Below are positions 1-8,519 of a stretch of 17,461 bases of DNA, one piece after another. The DNA comes from Candidatus Phoenicimicrobium oleiphilum (GTDB lineage: Bacteria > Atribacterota > Phoenicimicrobiia > Phoenicimicrobiales > Phoenicimicrobiaceae). The translations under genes and the position numbers were made by a program. The notes under the pieces were generated by a model that made no database searches, was not told where the DNA came from, and saw only the letters and a program-made list of their open reading frames with translations. Positions within the stretch are counted from its first letter, which is position 1. The number at the start of each line of letters is the position of its first letter. The stretch covers positions 1 through 17,461 of the forward strand of contig JBDIWJ010000038.1 of assembly GCA_039638295.1 (NCBI GenBank). The letters run 5' to 3'.

Positions 1-35
1 GTTGATGAATTTGACTACGAACTTCCTGATTAAGA

Positions 36-92
36 GTGCACGATCTTATGCTACAATATTAAACATTAAAACGAGTACACGATCTTATGCTA
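36..92 (+). repeat. Left-end array: 2 direct copies of GT(G/A)CACGATCTTATGCTA (36-53, 75-92)
   Basis: Read directly; the reverse complement of the right-end repeats differs at 1-2 of 18 positions. Confidence 0.92.
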
Positions 93-175
93 TATAACAT
101 ATAGCCATTAGCCCACTTCTTTGCTTTCTCGCTATTCTGGCTAACGACTATTTACTATTCACTAACGACTATTTT

Positions 176-454
176 TTAAGCTCCTACATCCATAACATCA
201 GTAGACTTATAATCAAGGATTCGAGCATTGACTTTAGCTACTAAGTCATTACCATTGTTATGAAAGATATTCTTAGCAATTATAGTATCCATAACCCCCT
301 CAATAGCTGCATCTTGGGCCGCAAAATCCACATAGTCTCCATCCTCTACAGTCTTAGGATTATTTAGGGTAAGATTTACCGATTTGCCTGCACTATCTCT
401 AAACTGCATATACAGTCTCTTGTAAGTGGTTACTTCTCCTAATTCAGTTGCCAT
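176..454 (-). CDS. DUF2922-family protein
   Basis: 92 aa with the LxMxFxDxxGK...L.L.NPK...VMDTII.KNIF...G.DL..A pattern; AAAGGAGGTG RBS upstream; paired with DUF1659. Confidence 0.8.
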   Translation of the reverse strand: MATELGEVTTYKRLYMQFRDSAGKSVNLTLNNPKTVEDGDYVDFAAQDAAIEGVMDTIIAKNIFHNNGNDLVAKVNARILDYKSTDVMDVGA

Positions 455-486
455 TGGTTATTCACCTCCTTTGATAATTTGTCAAT

Positions 487-524
487 CCTCGTTCCCCGTT
501 ATCACGGGGACAAGTTTCACGAGG
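487..524. repeat. Short REP-like palindrome between DUF1659 and DUF2922
   Basis: TCCCCGT-TATC-ACGGGGA stem nested in CCTCG...CGAGG. Confidence 0.45.
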
Positions 525-534
525 GCAAGTTTAA

Positions 535-762
535 TTACTGAGTTAGTTGAGACTCTTTTTCAAGTCTAATTTCATCTAAAGGATACTTCTGTAAGCCCAA
601 TAACGCAGTTGCTACATCATAGACATCCTGTTCGGCAGCACCAGATTTAACCTTATTAAAAGTCTTGGCTTGAATGATAGGTGCTCCGGTAGTAGGATTA
701 GTACCGGTAACTAGTCTTAGTTGTAAAGATGAATCTCTGGGAACTACTACGACTACGGCCAT
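535..762 (-). CDS. DUF1659-family protein
   Basis: 75 aa with the SSLQLRLVTG...G.PI...KTFNKVK..A..QDVYDVA.AL..LQ pattern; GGAGGTG RBS upstream. Confidence 0.82.
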   Translation of the reverse strand: MAVVVVVPRDSSLQLRLVTGTNPTTGAPIIQAKTFNKVKSGAAEQDVYDVATALLGLQKYPLDEIRLEKESQLTQ

Positions 763-780
763 TTATATCACCTCCTTTTT

Positions 781-847
781 TAAACCCCGTTAGATGTCTA
801 CTCCGTTAAATAATAAACCCCGTTAGATAATAAACATCTAACGGGGT
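781..847. repeat. REP/MITE-like element: TAAACCCCGTTAGAT x2 (781-795, 814-828) plus inverted CATCTAACGGGGT (835-847)
   Basis: Direct and inverted copies read from the sequence. Confidence 0.65.
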
Positions 848-884
848 GAACTTTAAGTTTAGCAAAGCTAAGCGCTACGTAAAT

Positions 885-913
885 ATATTATCATATTTTT
901 ATATATTAGTCAA
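885..913 (-). promoter_or_regulatory. Putative sigma70 promoter for DUF1659-DUF2922
   Basis: Minus strand TTGACT-17 bp-TAATAT with a TG extended -10. Confidence 0.5.
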
Positions 914-1199
914 ATTTAGGATTTTATTGCCCTTTATAATATATAAAGCTTCCTATTACTTTAATTTCCTTATATATACTCTTTATTTTATACAAATAAA
1001 GGGATCCTTCCCGATATAAGCCTGTCCTCGACCCGACTGGGGAAAGGACCCCTTTCCCGCCAAAAATAGTTTTAATTAATAGATATATAAATATTATTTG
1101 TGAAATAAATAAAATTAGCTTAAAATAAGTATAAGAATCTATAAAGATATACCACAAGGAAATTTAGTGGTTAATTTTCGAAACTTCACCTAGAGTCGT

Positions 1200-1274
1200 G
1201 CATAAACGAAATAGTTCGCAAAACATGCCAATTTGGGAGCATAAACGAAGTAGTTCGATTATTTTAAGTTATCT
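1200..1274 (+). other. Putative integron attI-like site
   Basis: Two 19-bp direct repeats GCATAAACGAA(A/G)TAGTTCG (1200-1218, 1239-1257) followed by core G/TTATCT (1268-1274), which marks the start of cassette 1. Confidence 0.6.
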
Positions 1275-1307
1275 ACAATAGGTTGCCTTGATCAGTGGAG
1301 GTTTTGA

Positions 1308-2087
1308 ATGTTTCCGACAGAAAAGCTCGAATTCGAGGATTTTTATCTGCTTGAAGCATTCCAAATTGCATATTTACCGGGATGGATTTCTGAAAGAGAA
1401 TTTGCAGTAGTACTATGGGCTAATCCATCCATAGAGAACTTTCTAAAGAGGAAATGCCCTTCGATAAGCAATTTTATCAATAAGATTAAGAAAGAAAATG
1501 GACCAGCCAAAGACGATAAGGATCTTACTATTTGTATCAAGAAAGTCATTGAAACTTGTTCTGATATTTTAATCTACAACAAATGTCCACAAGTTTATGA
1601 TAATCTGGAATTTCATAATTGGGATTTCAAAGAGGTAACCTCTGTAGCCTCTTTGGATGACAAAATTATATTAGATGGAGGTTCAGGAACAGGGCGTGTT
1701 GCATTAGAAGTAGCTAAATATGCAAGATATGTCTTTGCAATGGAACCTGTTACTAGACTTAGGCAATTCATTAAAGATAAGGCTAAGAAAGCTAAAATCA
1801 ACAACGTATATGTAATTGATGGATTTCTACATTCAATCCCTTTGCCCGATAATTTTATCGATGTATTAATCACATCCCATGCATTGGGATGGCGGCTAAG
1901 AGATGAACTTCAGGAATTTGAGAGAGTTGTTAAGAACCAGGGGTATATCATCCACTGCCCAGGAACAGCTGATAACCCTTCTGAAGAGGAAACACATAAT
2001 GAATTGTTGAAAAATAGTTACAGTTTTGGTAAATACAAGGAAACGGATGGATGGAAAAGGAAATACTGGAAGAAAGTGACGAAATGA
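1308..2087 (+). CDS. Class I SAM-dependent methyltransferase (gene cassette 1)
   Basis: Motif I ILDGGSGTG, acidic residue after beta-2 (AMEP), IPLPDNFIDVL, ERVVKNQG; GGAGG RBS; bounded by attI-like and attC sites. Confidence 0.85.
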   Translation: MFPTEKLEFEDFYLLEAFQIAYLPGWISEREFAVVLWANPSIENFLKRKCPSISNFINKIKKENGPAKDDKDLTICIKKVIETCSDILIYNKCPQVYDNLEFHNWDFKEVTSVASLDDKIILDGGSGTGRVALEVAKYARYVFAMEPVTRLRQFIKDKAKKAKINNVYVIDGFLHSIPLPDNFIDVLITSHALGWRLRDELQEFERVVKNQGYIIHCPGTADNPSEEETHNELLKNSYSFGKYKETDGWKRKYWKKVTK

Positions 2088-2117
2088 AGGCTAAGGTTCA
2101 AAAAGGCAACCTACAGC

Positions 2118-2186
2118 AGATAACAGCGTGTTTGCGACGCTTCGCTAAATGCTTTCGGCACTTCGCAAACACGCAAACCGTTATCT
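2118..2186 (+). other. attC-type cassette recombination site 1
   Basis: R'' AGATAAC (2118-2124) and R' GTTATCT (2180-2186) around a perfect 12-bp stem GCGTGTTTGCGA/TCGCAAACACGC; located just after a stop codon. Confidence 0.82.
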
Positions 2187-2222
2187 GAAATATCGTTAAA
2201 TTTTATTTAGGGAGGAGTAATT

Positions 2223-3263
2223 ATGATTCAAAAATTTTGGGAAGACTTATTTAATTCATCTGAAGCAGAAGGTTTATCGATAGCCTCTAAGGAGGATGTT
2301 GAGCAGATTATTGACATACTCATAGCGGACAAAATCGACCCTCAAGTTTTTCTTTCAAATCTTGAAGCTTTACTACTAGGAGGTATGCCATCTATCAACG
2401 ATTTTTTTGGAGTTGGAGAAAAGAAAAAACATAAACCAACAGAATCAGTATCGCATTTTACATCCATAGTTAATAGACCGCTTGGTATTCCATTGTGGTT
2501 TCTCGCTGCTTATCCGGATGTTATGGTTTGGCTCGATGAGCAAGAGAAAAAATATATAAAATCTCATAATCGTGATTACGATGGTTGGGGAATAAAAATG
2601 GCAAAGTTATTCGGAATAAATATTGAGGATGGGCAATTAAATGAGAATCAGATTATGGATAGTAAAGGAAAAACTCGACCAAAGTATCTTAAAAACTTGG
2701 TTCAATCCTATAAAGATGCAACAGAAAAAGCACTTGAAACGGCAGTAAAAAATATAGAAAATGATGTATATTTAGGCGATGAAATCCTCAAAGTATTCGG
2801 ATCTGAAAATAATTTTACTTTTATCGCAGAAAATACGACTAAATTTTATCTGGAGTTATCAAGAAACTATGCCGGTAGATTTAATGACGAATCTTCATTA
2901 TTAGCTACAGCTGGAATACTTGATGCACGATTTTATATTTTTGTGGAACGAAAAATTAATCCCATGGAAATATTATCTATAGCGAAAAAATCATCGGAAG
3001 CAGGGAAGGAATCGCTAATAAACTTTATTATCGATCTTGAAGTAAAATTATTTAAGGTTGATACACCCGATATGGATTTTGATGACATAAAAGATGTTTG
3101 CGAAGAACAACGACAAAATATCGAAAAGGCAATTCAAAAAGTAAAAGATGAATATACCAGCGAACCGCGTTTTGCTTCGGAGGTTGCTGCCTTTATGAAT
3201 TCTACTACGTTTAAGCCATACAGAAAAATGTTGGGGATTAAGAACAAATTTTTGTTTTTTTAA
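2223..3263 (+). CDS. Hypothetical protein (gene cassette 2)
   Basis: 346-aa ORF with GGAGG RBS, flanked by attC1 and a degenerate attC2; no recognised motif. Confidence 0.8.
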   Translation: MIQKFWEDLFNSSEAEGLSIASKEDVEQIIDILIADKIDPQVFLSNLEALLLGGMPSINDFFGVGEKKKHKPTESVSHFTSIVNRPLGIPLWFLAAYPDVMVWLDEQEKKYIKSHNRDYDGWGIKMAKLFGINIEDGQLNENQIMDSKGKTRPKYLKNLVQSYKDATEKALETAVKNIENDVYLGDEILKVFGSENNFTFIAENTTKFYLELSRNYAGRFNDESSLLATAGILDARFYIFVERKINPMEILSIAKKSSEAGKESLINFIIDLEVKLFKVDTPDMDFDDIKDVCEEQRQNIEKAIQKVKDEYTSEPRFASEVAAFMNSTTFKPYRKMLGIKNKFLFF

Positions 3264-3283
3264 TTGAAGAATTTAACAACACA

Positions 3284-3388
3284 TCGTATAAAACAAACAG
3301 CATATACGCTATGGGTTTCAGTCCTTATCATTAGGGATATTGCTCCCTTCTGTTGCAACGTAGTATATATACTGGAAACATTATATGA
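3284..3388 (+). other. Degenerate attC site 2
   Basis: TCGTATAA(AA)C ... CAGCATATACGCTA/TAGTATATATACTG (11/14 complementary) ... GAAAC-ATTATATGA; the core GTT appears mutated to ATT. Confidence 0.55.
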
Positions 3389-3709
3389 AATGGTGGTTTT
3401 CACCATTTTGGTATAATCCCCCACCTAGAATATAATAATCATTAGTAAAATTATTGAAATAAACCCGGCTTAAATGAGTTTTTTCCTAATCAGCAAAGAG
3501 GCTTTTCCCTCACTCCATTAACTTACCCTTATTAATAAAAATTACAGTCAAAAGAGGGTATAAACATAAACAAAGAAAAAACAAATGCCTTAAAATCGAT
3601 TGTAGATGGCCTCTTTTCCTCTCTTCCCCGGTATTTTATTGAAATAATCTATCAACCTGCTTTTATTGGCTTCCTGGTAAATGGCTTCTGACATCTCATC
3701 ACAACGACC

Positions 3710-4765
3710 GCCCGCCGAGAGCTTTTTTTGCTAAGAAGTGTAATTGAAAGCCACCACATACATAACAAGACTTTATCGGACATTCTACAAGAAATATATG
3801 AGGGCTTATCTTATCCGATAAAGCTTTGTTATGTATAGCAAAAAAAGCATTATATTTTTAACCAGCTAAAAGCTTTTTTAGTCTGGTTAAAAATATAAAG
3901 GCGGGCTCAATTAGATACTTTTTATCGTAGGGCTAAATCTCTATTCCTAATAATCGAATGCCTTCCCCCCCTTCCCTCCCCTATTCCTGCTCACTATACT
4001 TCTTACGTTTAAATATTTTTTATCTGTCTGGTATGTACACTCCGGGAAGAACAGATAAAAAATACTAAAACTATCCCAAGAAATTATAGGTGCGACAACG
4101 AGGGCGTTTATAGAAGACTGAAGCACCACAAAAAAACAGAGAAGGCATTAAATACAGGACTTTTTGTAGTGCCGACTTCTACAAACGCCAGGAGAAGAAA
4201 ATACAATAAGAAGAAAAAAACGCTCTTTTCCCCTCGCGATAGGTAAAAAATCTCCAATCCAAAAAGGTATTTTCTTTTTAGTGGGAGATTTTTTTCTTAT
4301 CGCGCAAACACAAAGAATCGAAAAGACATAGCCACCGAAAAAGAAGATAAAAAGTTCCCACTCTTCTTCTTTCCCTTACTTTTTATCTTGTTTTTACGGG
4401 GAGAAGACGATATCACGAGAGATAGCAAAATCACGAAAAGGTTCGCAAATAGGGGCGGGGCAAGGGAGAGAGGAACGGCGATATACCCACATTTATTCTT
4501 GAAGAGCCTGGGTGAATCGACCGCAGTTTTTCCTTCCCCCTTAATGCTTCCCCCCTATCATTAATAACCTAACCTTATTTTTTTGCGGTGGCGAATAAAG
4601 CGGAGCAACAGCGGGGCATCAGAGCGACACACCTACAATTATGCTTTAAGAGCGTCCCCGCGAGCGTAGCTTTTGAGCCAAGGAGCAAAAAATAAAAGAA
4701 GGGGGTTAAGAGGGGGGTCTTAGGGGGGATTTAAGGGGGAAGGAAAGTTACCCGCCCCGTCGGTG
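3710..4765. ncRNA. Large structured non-coding region (candidate ncRNA or folded ssDNA element)
   Basis: At least 8 stems of 12-23 bp, several nested, with no credible ORF. Confidence 0.5.
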
Positions 4766-4784
4766 TAATTGTAAAATTAGAATA
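4755..4784 (+). repeat. 30-bp direct repeat, copy 1 (left of the R-M module)
   Basis: CCCCGTCGGTGTAATTGTAAAATTAGAATA; 28/30 identical to 8215-8244. Confidence 0.85.
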
Positions 4785-5158
4785 GGCGTAGTAGATTAAA
4801 ATAACCAAGTAAACCCTATTTAGTAGATATTCACTTAACAGGGTAAATTAGATAAGTCAGGGCGACTAGGATTGATAAGTTAATATTGGGCGAAGTGGAT
4901 TAAATTAGATCTAAAATAAAAAGTAGAGAGGGTTATGAGTAGAGAAATAAAAAGATTATAAATAGAGCCTGAAATATATTTGAGCCCCCATTTATTCTGA
5001 CACCTCCTATCCTCTATATTGATTTTAATAAATACTTTTTTGATAGTATCAATTTATAAAAATATGGAAAACGCATACTTATTTATTCTTTGTTGGCGAA
5101 TTAATAAGAAAAATATAAGCTGAAGAAATGTTACAAAGAACAACCCCCAGACACTATA

Positions 5159-5191
5159 TGATAATTATAGTATGTAGAACTATAATTATCA
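5159..5191. promoter_or_regulatory. Putative C-box operator upstream of the controller gene
   Basis: Perfect 13-bp inverted repeat TGATAATTATAGT-N7-ACTATAATTATCA about 40 bp upstream of the XRE gene. Confidence 0.65.
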
Positions 5192-5233
5192 ATAATATAT
5201 AATTAGATTAAATTTTTTTATAGGATTATTATT

Positions 5234-5449
5234 ATGAGTAAATCAATATTAATAAAATTTGGCAATATGGTTAGGAAGGAAAGATTAAAAAGAAATCTTT
5301 CTCAAGAAGATCTTGCTGCAAGGGCGGGAGTTCATCGCACATATATTGGTATGATTGAAAGAGCGGAAAAAAATATTACTCTTAATAATATTGAAAAAAT
5401 TGCTTCAGCGCTAAAAATTAAAATATATGAATTGTTTAAAGAGAGTTAA
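5234..5449 (+). CDS. XRE-family HTH protein, R-M controller (C) protein
   Basis: LSQEDLA.RAGVHRTYIGMIERAEKNITL is typical of C proteins; lies directly upstream of the putative endonuclease. Confidence 0.88.
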   Translation: MSKSILIKFGNMVRKERLKRNLSQEDLAARAGVHRTYIGMIERAEKNITLNNIEKIASALKIKIYELFKES

Positions 5450-5452
5450 TTT

Positions 5453-6256
5453 ATGAATATTTATGATATTTTGCGACAAATAAAAATTGATTTTGACAAA
5501 GCTATATTGTCTGCTCAATTTAATGGTAAGAGTTATGCAAATGGAAATAAAGCAAAGGAAGCATTAATCCGATCGCAAAGAATAATTAATTATATACATG
5601 AATTTGTAAAAAATGAGTTTAAACGTTGTGGTGTACCACCACAAATGATTTTCCCACCAATTGGAACTTCTAAACCAGAAATAAAGATCAAAGGATTTTT
5701 AAAATCAAAATATCAAGATGTTTCAATTATCCCATATAAAAGACTAATACTTCTTACCAACACAATGTTGCCAGAACTTGATCATATTCTTACCGTTAAT
5801 ATCCGAAGTCAACTAAGTAGCTTAAGTAAAAATATTGATACTTTATACGAAAGAACTTTTGCTGAAGCATTAAATTTGCATTTAAGTTATCCCAATCAAT
5901 GCCTTGGAGAAGTTTATTTGATTCCTACTCATGAATACGACGACAAAACTATGTTACAAAATAGAGTGAATTACAAATCAGTCTCAAAAATTGATGACTA
6001 CATACGGATGTTTCAAGCCATTAATAATAGACGTGACATCAATAAAGATGAATATAAATATGAAAGAATCTGCCTTTTGATTGTCGACTTCAGACAAGAA
6101 ACACCTAAATTATATAACTCAATAGAAGAATTAAAAAATGATGGCTTGGTACCTCAAAACTCAACAGTGAGTTTAAAGAATCTAACTGTTAAAGGTTTTA
6201 CAAAAGATTTAATCGCTATTTATACCGAAAGATTTGGCCATGGTATCATTGTTTGA
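5453..6256 (+). CDS. Putative type II restriction endonuclease
   Basis: C-R operon convergent with a DNA methyltransferase; PD-(D/E)xK-like spacing QDVSII...LTVNIRSQ...LYER. Confidence 0.7.
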   Translation: MNIYDILRQIKIDFDKAILSAQFNGKSYANGNKAKEALIRSQRIINYIHEFVKNEFKRCGVPPQMIFPPIGTSKPEIKIKGFLKSKYQDVSIIPYKRLILLTNTMLPELDHILTVNIRSQLSSLSKNIDTLYERTFAEALNLHLSYPNQCLGEVYLIPTHEYDDKTMLQNRVNYKSVSKIDDYIRMFQAINNRRDINKDEYKYERICLLIVDFRQETPKLYNSIEELKNDGLVPQNSTVSLKNLTVKGFTKDLIAIYTERFGHGIIV

Positions 6257-8099
6257 TATTTATACCGTATTTTTCAATTAAAAATTCATCAATTCTCTTT
6301 TTACAACTTTCTTTATTTAAGAAAGTTATTTCACTGGGTGTAAAGTATGGAATACCAAATAATTCTATAAAGTTCTTTTGGTAGCAAGGATACCCACCCT
6401 CAATCGATACACTTGTTTGCTTAATATAGTAATCCATTACGCTGGAATTTAGTATTTTCCCAAGAATAGTTAAATCCAATTGCTGTTCTATTTTGGAAAA
6501 CAAATTAGGTTTATCTTTTAAATAAATAGCATAGCCATTACAAAAGAGGGCACTTTCATCCTGTTCCAATAAAAACCTGGGTGTAGAGCTAAATGTCGGG
6601 GTAAGTAGTTTTTTCCCAAAAAAGTTTAGACCTTGAGTTCTAGCATATGCATACCATTCTGCATATTTAATCCTACCCTTATCTCTTGTAGCCAGTTCTA
6701 CTTTTGCTTCTAACAAGTACTCATAACAACAAGGATAATATTTCTTCAGTTCTTTTTCTTTAATTATTTCAACTTTACCATTAGATATTTGATAAGGGAA
6801 AATAATCTTGCGATTATTTTTATTTAAATCATCTTGATTTTTGAAATCAGATATTTTAGCAATCGGCTTAGTAATATTTTTTTCAATTTGGTAGACTTTT
6901 CCTTTATATTGTTTATGGTAGTAGCCATCTTTAAGTGTGGACCCATCAATAAAATAAACGGAGTCCTTACAGGTTGCTATACCAACTCGAATATCTACAA
7001 TATCCCCGAGTTTATTTCCAGCACTTTCTATTTTTTTAATATTATCTTGATCAGAATTTCTAAGAAGGCGCCATTTTTTATTATTTAAGTCTTTAAAATA
7101 TATTCTTGAGTAGTTAAGTTCATATAACGAATTTAACGCTTCATAATCATCGACTCTTTCGAAATAAAAGAAATCACTTTTCTTCCATTTTAGGAAAGTA
7201 ATACAGGTATATGTTTGAGCTTCAAAAAGTTTTAGGTGATTAAAATCTATAATTTTTTCTATGAGCTTATTTGATTCCATATATTTTCGTAGTTGAATAG
7301 CTGCAAGGGAAGTAAAATAATTATTTGGTGTAATATATCCCAAAACACCATCTTTTTTCATTATATTTATGCCTAATTCAAAAAATGCAAAATAAAGGTT
7401 ATAATTACCTATTTTTAGTGTTTTCCAGTTCTTGAATAATTTACCTCTTAATTTTTTGTTAAGATCTTGAAATTTAACATATGGCGGATTACCAATTACA
7501 ACATCAAATTTTTTTTCAGGAAATAATTTGTTCCAATCCACAGATAAACTATCAGCCGTTTTAAGATTAAAATTTATTTCTTCTTTATCCTCTTTATTTT
7601 TCAGGGCAAGTAAAGAAAGTAAAATTTTTGCCCTCCGAACACTGTAATTGGCAATATCCACTCCATACAAATTTTCCTCAATAATATCAATAATTCCTTT
7701 TTTATATTTTTCTAACATAAATAGGGCGGTGGCTATAAGAAAAGCACCACAACCACAACTAGGATCACAGACTTTCTGAGAGGAAGATGTGATTACTTGA
7801 GAAACAATATAATTGGTTATTAATTTTGGAGTAAAAAAAACACCATTTGTTTTCTTATCTTCGGCTGGTACCAATATTTCAAAAATGTTTACAAAATCAT
7901 TAATGTTTCTCGATTCAATTATTTTTTTTAATTCTTCTTTGGCAGACAATATTGTTTTTTTGTTATCATTAATTATTTTTTTAATAAAAATATTTTTCTT
8001 TACTTGAATATTATTGCACTCAACAAATAGCTGAACGAGTGCATTCTCAATAATTGTAATATCATATTTGCTTAAAATATTAGTCAATTTTTTTTGCAT
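6246..8099 (-). CDS. N6-adenine DNA methyltransferase, gamma class (Eco57I/TaqI-like)
   Basis: GVFFTP (motif X), DPSCGCGAF (motif I), VIGNPPY (motif IV), NLYFAFFE, C-terminal target recognition region; GAGGTG RBS. Confidence 0.92.
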   Translation of the reverse strand: MQKKLTNILSKYDITIIENALVQLFVECNNIQVKKNIFIKKIINDNKKTILSAKEELKKIIESRNINDFVNIFEILVPAEDKKTNGVFFTPKLITNYIVSQVITSSSQKVCDPSCGCGAFLIATALFMLEKYKKGIIDIIEENLYGVDIANYSVRRAKILLSLLALKNKEDKEEINFNLKTADSLSVDWNKLFPEKKFDVVIGNPPYVKFQDLNKKLRGKLFKNWKTLKIGNYNLYFAFFELGINIMKKDGVLGYITPNNYFTSLAAIQLRKYMESNKLIEKIIDFNHLKLFEAQTYTCITFLKWKKSDFFYFERVDDYEALNSLYELNYSRIYFKDLNNKKWRLLRNSDQDNIKKIESAGNKLGDIVDIRVGIATCKDSVYFIDGSTLKDGYYHKQYKGKVYQIEKNITKPIAKISDFKNQDDLNKNNRKIIFPYQISNGKVEIIKEKELKKYYPCCYEYLLEAKVELATRDKGRIKYAEWYAYARTQGLNFFGKKLLTPTFSSTPRFLLEQDESALFCNGYAIYLKDKPNLFSKIEQQLDLTILGKILNSSVMDYYIKQTSVSIEGGYPCYQKNFIELFGIPYFTPSEITFLNKESCKKRIDEFLIEKYGINIKQ

Positions 8100-8214
8100 A
8101 TATTCACCTCAATAATTGCTAATTATAGTATACGTGATTTAAAAACAATTATCAACAAAAAATAAAAAATTCTTTTTTTCGCAATAAATCAATGTTGGGG
8201 AGATTTATTACACA

Positions 8215-8244
8215 CCCCATCGGTATAATTGTAAAATTAGAATA
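8215..8244 (+). repeat. 30-bp direct repeat, copy 2 (right of the R-M module)
   Basis: CCCCATCGGTATAATTGTAAAATTAGAATA. Confidence 0.85.
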
Positions 8245-8519
8245 ACTGGTAGGTTAAATTGGAGTAGCTAAACTAGATTAGCCAGGATTAAAGAAAGTCA
8301 AAAATAACACTCGGGTCAAAGATTTATATACAAACATATGTTCTTATTATGAATCCTCTCCGCATACCCAAAGTCTCTAAGATTAAAGAGATTGATAGAG
8401 AGAATAAAAAGTAAAGAGTTAAACAGCCACCTAATGAGTATATTAGTCCGCATTTTTCCGCGGAAACCCTTGAGTAATATAGAAATTACCCCTGTAAAAT
8501 TACAGGGATTTTTGTGCAC

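Noticed and set aside
141..175. 7-bp periodic tract CTAACGA/CTATTTA downstream of DUF2922
   Set aside because: Short and degenerate; not a convincing terminator or binding array.
924..1157. 77-aa ORF as an integron integrase or real gene
   Set aside because: Non-ATG start, AT-rich low-information sequence and no tyrosine recombinase catalytic residues; at most an unrecognisable remnant.
1343..1873. Minus-strand ORFs 1343-1549 and 1613-1873
   Set aside because: Antisense shadows of the methyltransferase cassette gene.
3947..4129. 60-aa ORF
   Set aside because: Lies within the hairpin-rich region, with no RBS or recognisable motif.
5453..8099. Naming the R-M system or its recognition site
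   Set aside because: Specificity cannot be inferred reliably from the sequence by eye.
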